NCBI GenBank assembly: GCA_964016885.1
Contig: OZ024744.1
Span: 8,618,001-8,682,000, forward strand
Origin: Eledone cirrhosa
Taxonomy: Eukaryota
Reading direction: 5' to 3'
Length of the DNA stretch: 64,000 nt
In this document: positions 60,975 to 64,000 of the stretch, piece after piece
How the letters are laid out: each line of letters opens with the position of its first letter
How positions within the stretch are numbered: the first letter of the stretch is position 1
Made by a program: the position numbers and the translations under genes
The notes under the pieces: generated by a model
What the model was told of the DNA's origin: nothing
The model's database searches: none
What the model saw: only the letters and a program-made list of their open reading frames with translations

Positions 60975-63900
60975 GATTTCTTTATTAACCACAAGGGTTT
61001 ACATAAAGTAGACATTAAGGATAGTGCAGGACAATACAGGACGGTACAAATGGGCATTTCTGCGTGTAAAAAACAAAAACAGAGGATGTAACAAAACAAA
61101 TAACAAAGAAAAATTCCCTAATAGGGGGGAGACTTAGGAGGGACATTTGTGGAGGAAGCCCATTAAAAGGCCACAGTGACCCTGACCACCAAGGCAAGTG
61201 CCCTCTCCCAGTTTTCGACCTTTAATTTACAGACACATACTCAGAGTAGGCCCATTCACTCGGTCCATTCTTGCTTCTCTCACCCATCTTTCAACAAAAT
61301 GCTGGGAAGAGAGCACTTCCCTCTCTACCCTGATTTTCCTTTTCAAATGAAATTTGAAAAATCAATCAGGGCATCACCGAAGAGGTAATTGCTCGTCTTC
61401 AGCCCTTTCAAACGTGTCCACCATACTATCTCTTTCGCCATGGCCACCAGACAGATAAAAATTGCCTGCCCTTCCTGGCTAAAGGAAGAAAGCGAGGCAA
61501 TCCTCACGATGGACTCAGCTGATAGCTGGATCCGTCCTACACGCGACGGCAGGTGTTTGACATAAACCCACAAGTCAGCCATGCTCGGGCACTGGACAAG
61601 TGAGTGCAGGACGTTACATGCCCGGGTGACGGCACCTCCTTGCCTGTAGAGTTTATCCCGAACTGGCAAAGCTCCTCGGTAGCACTGCCAGGCCAGGGAT
61701 TTCTGGAAGTTGTCCATAGGCCCCGGCCCGAAAGTTCTTCCGAAGAGATTGGCTAGTTGATTTTTGTCGACACCTAGAGTTTCCCCAAGTACGTAGTCGC
61801 TCTACCGATCCACTAATCCTCTATAGGACGCCAAGGTGGAGTTTCTACCGATCACATTGCCCGATTGGTCGAGGGCTGTGAGCGCCAGAAGACATTCCAG
61901 TCTCCAAGCGCTCCCTCTCGGTCTTTGCTTGACCCAGGACTGCAGCTCCGTCAAGGAGACGAGCTGAGGAAAAACGTGTCTAGCAAACGGCGACCACACC
62001 TGATCACCGTCGAGGAAGAGGTGGAGAAGTCGTAGCCTGAGTGCGTGTCTGCGCATCATCAGCCACAGCATGCCCAGCCCTCCACGTAGCGGGTGTTGAC
62101 AGCAGGGTGTTGACCATCGGAGTGCGTTCCTTCCACAAAAAGCGAAATAGCAAACGCTCCAGCGCAGTCAAGATACGAGGGTCAGGCGGTAGTAGATGAC
62201 GGACGCTATGTACGCGTTAGCCACCTCCGCTCGACCTTTCAGGGATAGTTTTCTCTCAGCCCATTTCTGCGTGATCCAATTCGGGAGATCCAATCGGTAC
62301 CTGTCAGACAGTTCAAAACGCCTGAGCAGGTTGGTGAGGCTCTTGCACCCTCCACCCCTATCCGCTAATCCCACACAGTCCCAGCGTGCATCTAAGATCC
62401 CGTTCCAGTCGCCCACTAACACTAAAGAGCGGGACGTTCCAAGAAAGGTCTCCAGACGCCGGAAGAAATCAGGCCGCCCTGCTCCTGTCGGGGCATAGAC
62501 GGCCACTAGCCTGAAAGCTTGCCCGTCTCCGCTGGTCACGTCCACCACCACCAACTTACCTTCTGGGTCCAGGAAGATGGCCAGTATGGCGAGATCCAAA
62601 CCTCTCCGAAAAAGCACAGCAACTCCTCCCCCCGATCCAGGAAAGGCTGGGAGATGCGTACACATCGTAGCCACCGAAGATCGGTGCGAAGGCCCGTGCT
62701 TCGAAGATTCTGGTCTCGCTGATGGTCACTACATCTATGTTTAGTGACCTGAGGTCGTTGAGCAGGTGGCCCTGCTTCCATGACGACCCCAAGCCACGCG
62801 CATTTATGCTGCCTATTCTGAGTGAGGTCATGTTGAAATGGAGTGGAAAAGATGGGAAAGACCACTTACCTTACTTCTCTTAGAGGAAGGATGGTTACTC
62901 CATCCTCTTCACTGCTTGTGACCTCCTCCGGAAGGATGTCCTTATAAATCCTCCTGGAGAGTGCTTGTCGGAAGTCTCACATGTTTTTGGTGAATCTTTG
63001 TTTTAGTGTCGTGTGCGTTTTCTGTGTGATGCGAGTGATTTGTATGTGTGGAGGGGGTGTGAACTTTTGGGGTGTTGTATAGTCTTTTTCTGTGATGCTG
63101 GTGCTCTTTTGGATGTAGTGTAATAATTGGCTGTTGTTCAAATGTAATGCTGTGTAGCGTGTATCGTTTTGGTCGTTTTGTTTTGTTTGCGTTTGTTGTG
63201 GGTTTGTTTCTGTTTCTCTTTTTGGTGACCTTTGTGGTGTTGGTGATGGTGGTGTTGGGGTTAATGATGGTGATGGTGTTGGTGTTTGTGGTGATGGGGT
63301 TGGTAATGCTGGTGTGGATAGTGGCATAGCTGTCCTAACTTTTTTGTTTGATAGTTTATTTGTTCCCCTATGTATTTTGTTTTTGGAGGGGGGAAGGAAG
63401 GGGACTTTTTTCTTTTTTGGCTTCTTTTTCTTTTTTTCTTTTTTCCTGATACCGTTTCCCACTCTCCGTCGTCACAATCTGTTTCCAGTTGCGATAGGTC
63501 GGGGAGTGAAACATCCTCCACAGGCGTTTGTTTTGGTTGTGGCGTGGTGGATGGTGTAGGCGCTGGTGCTAGTTCTGGCGCGTTGGGTGGTGGTGGTGTT
63601 GGTTTTGCTACTGTTGCTGGGGTTGTTGCTGTTCCAGTTGCTTCTGTCGTTGCTGCTACAGTTGTTGCTGCCATCTCTGCTGCTGGTGGTGTTGATGGTT
63701 GAGTCACTGGGGTGGGTAAGAGAGGTGTCCTCAACCTTTTAGCCTGAGTCCAGAAAGCCCTTAGGTGGGTTCCTTCACCACAGACGACATACCTAGGCCT
63801 TCTGCCCTCGACGATTACGGTGAGGTGGCTGCCGTCAGTGAGGTCTATTACCTCTGGGATCTCCTCAACGCTTTTTTGGTCCGCTTGGATCAGGAGCTCC

Positions 63901-64000
63901 ATCCCAGATCCGGACCAGTTCTCCTGCTTTTCTTTTGCTATTTCGATTATCTTGGTGTTGGCATCGATGCCGGCGAGGACGGCAGCCATTAGCCAGGGAA
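60975..64000 (-). mobile_element. Tx1-clade subfamily 1, internally deleted (RT core missing), runs off window
   Basis: The junction at ~62275 joins endonuclease (DRYRLDLPN) to post-RT (TQKWAERK); ORF1 pieces 62866-63989. Confidence 0.92.

Noticed and set aside
62265-62290. Splicing origin for the internal Tx1 deletion
   Set aside because: The junction keeps the acceptor-like CAG and has no good donor at the upstream breakpoint.
13420-64000. CRISPR-like or telomeric array interpretation of repeat-separated units
   Set aside because: Spacers are kb-scale retroelements and the repeat is (AAT)n, not a CRISPR repeat or TTAGGG; no cas genes.

Overview
Eukaryotic (animal) genomic DNA, not prokaryotic. 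The SINE type and (AT)n/(AAT)n load resemble cephalopod (Octopus-like) DNA, which is inference only. No complete host gene is evident. 1-13.4 kb is ordinary repeat-rich intronic/intergenic DNA: microsatellites, a SINE, a Penelope-like inverted terminal repeat with a hammerhead ribozyme, decayed RTE, CRE and CR1 LINE pieces, and one candidate exon. 13.4-64 kb is an almost continuous array of non-LTR retrotransposons threaded on (AAT)n tracts with strict polarity. R4/Dong-clade elements (RT plus C-terminal restriction-like endonuclease, two families) are on + apart from one inverted 3' fragment, and all L1/Tx1-clade elements (ORF1 plus APE-RT ORF2, about three subfamilies) are on -. The two clades repeatedly meet tail-to-tail on a shared (AAT)n. 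One Tx1 copy (54939-60947) has both ORFs intact. Main findings: (i) the polarised two-clade microsatellite array; (ii) a conserved GTAAGT donor over the Tx1 ORF1 stop whose first downstream AG would splice ORF1 in frame to ORF2; (iii) interchangeable ORF1s on near-identical ORF2s; (iv) a shared Tx1-like 5' module in front of R4 elements; (v) hammerhead motifs. All comparisons were made by eye and boundaries are approximate.
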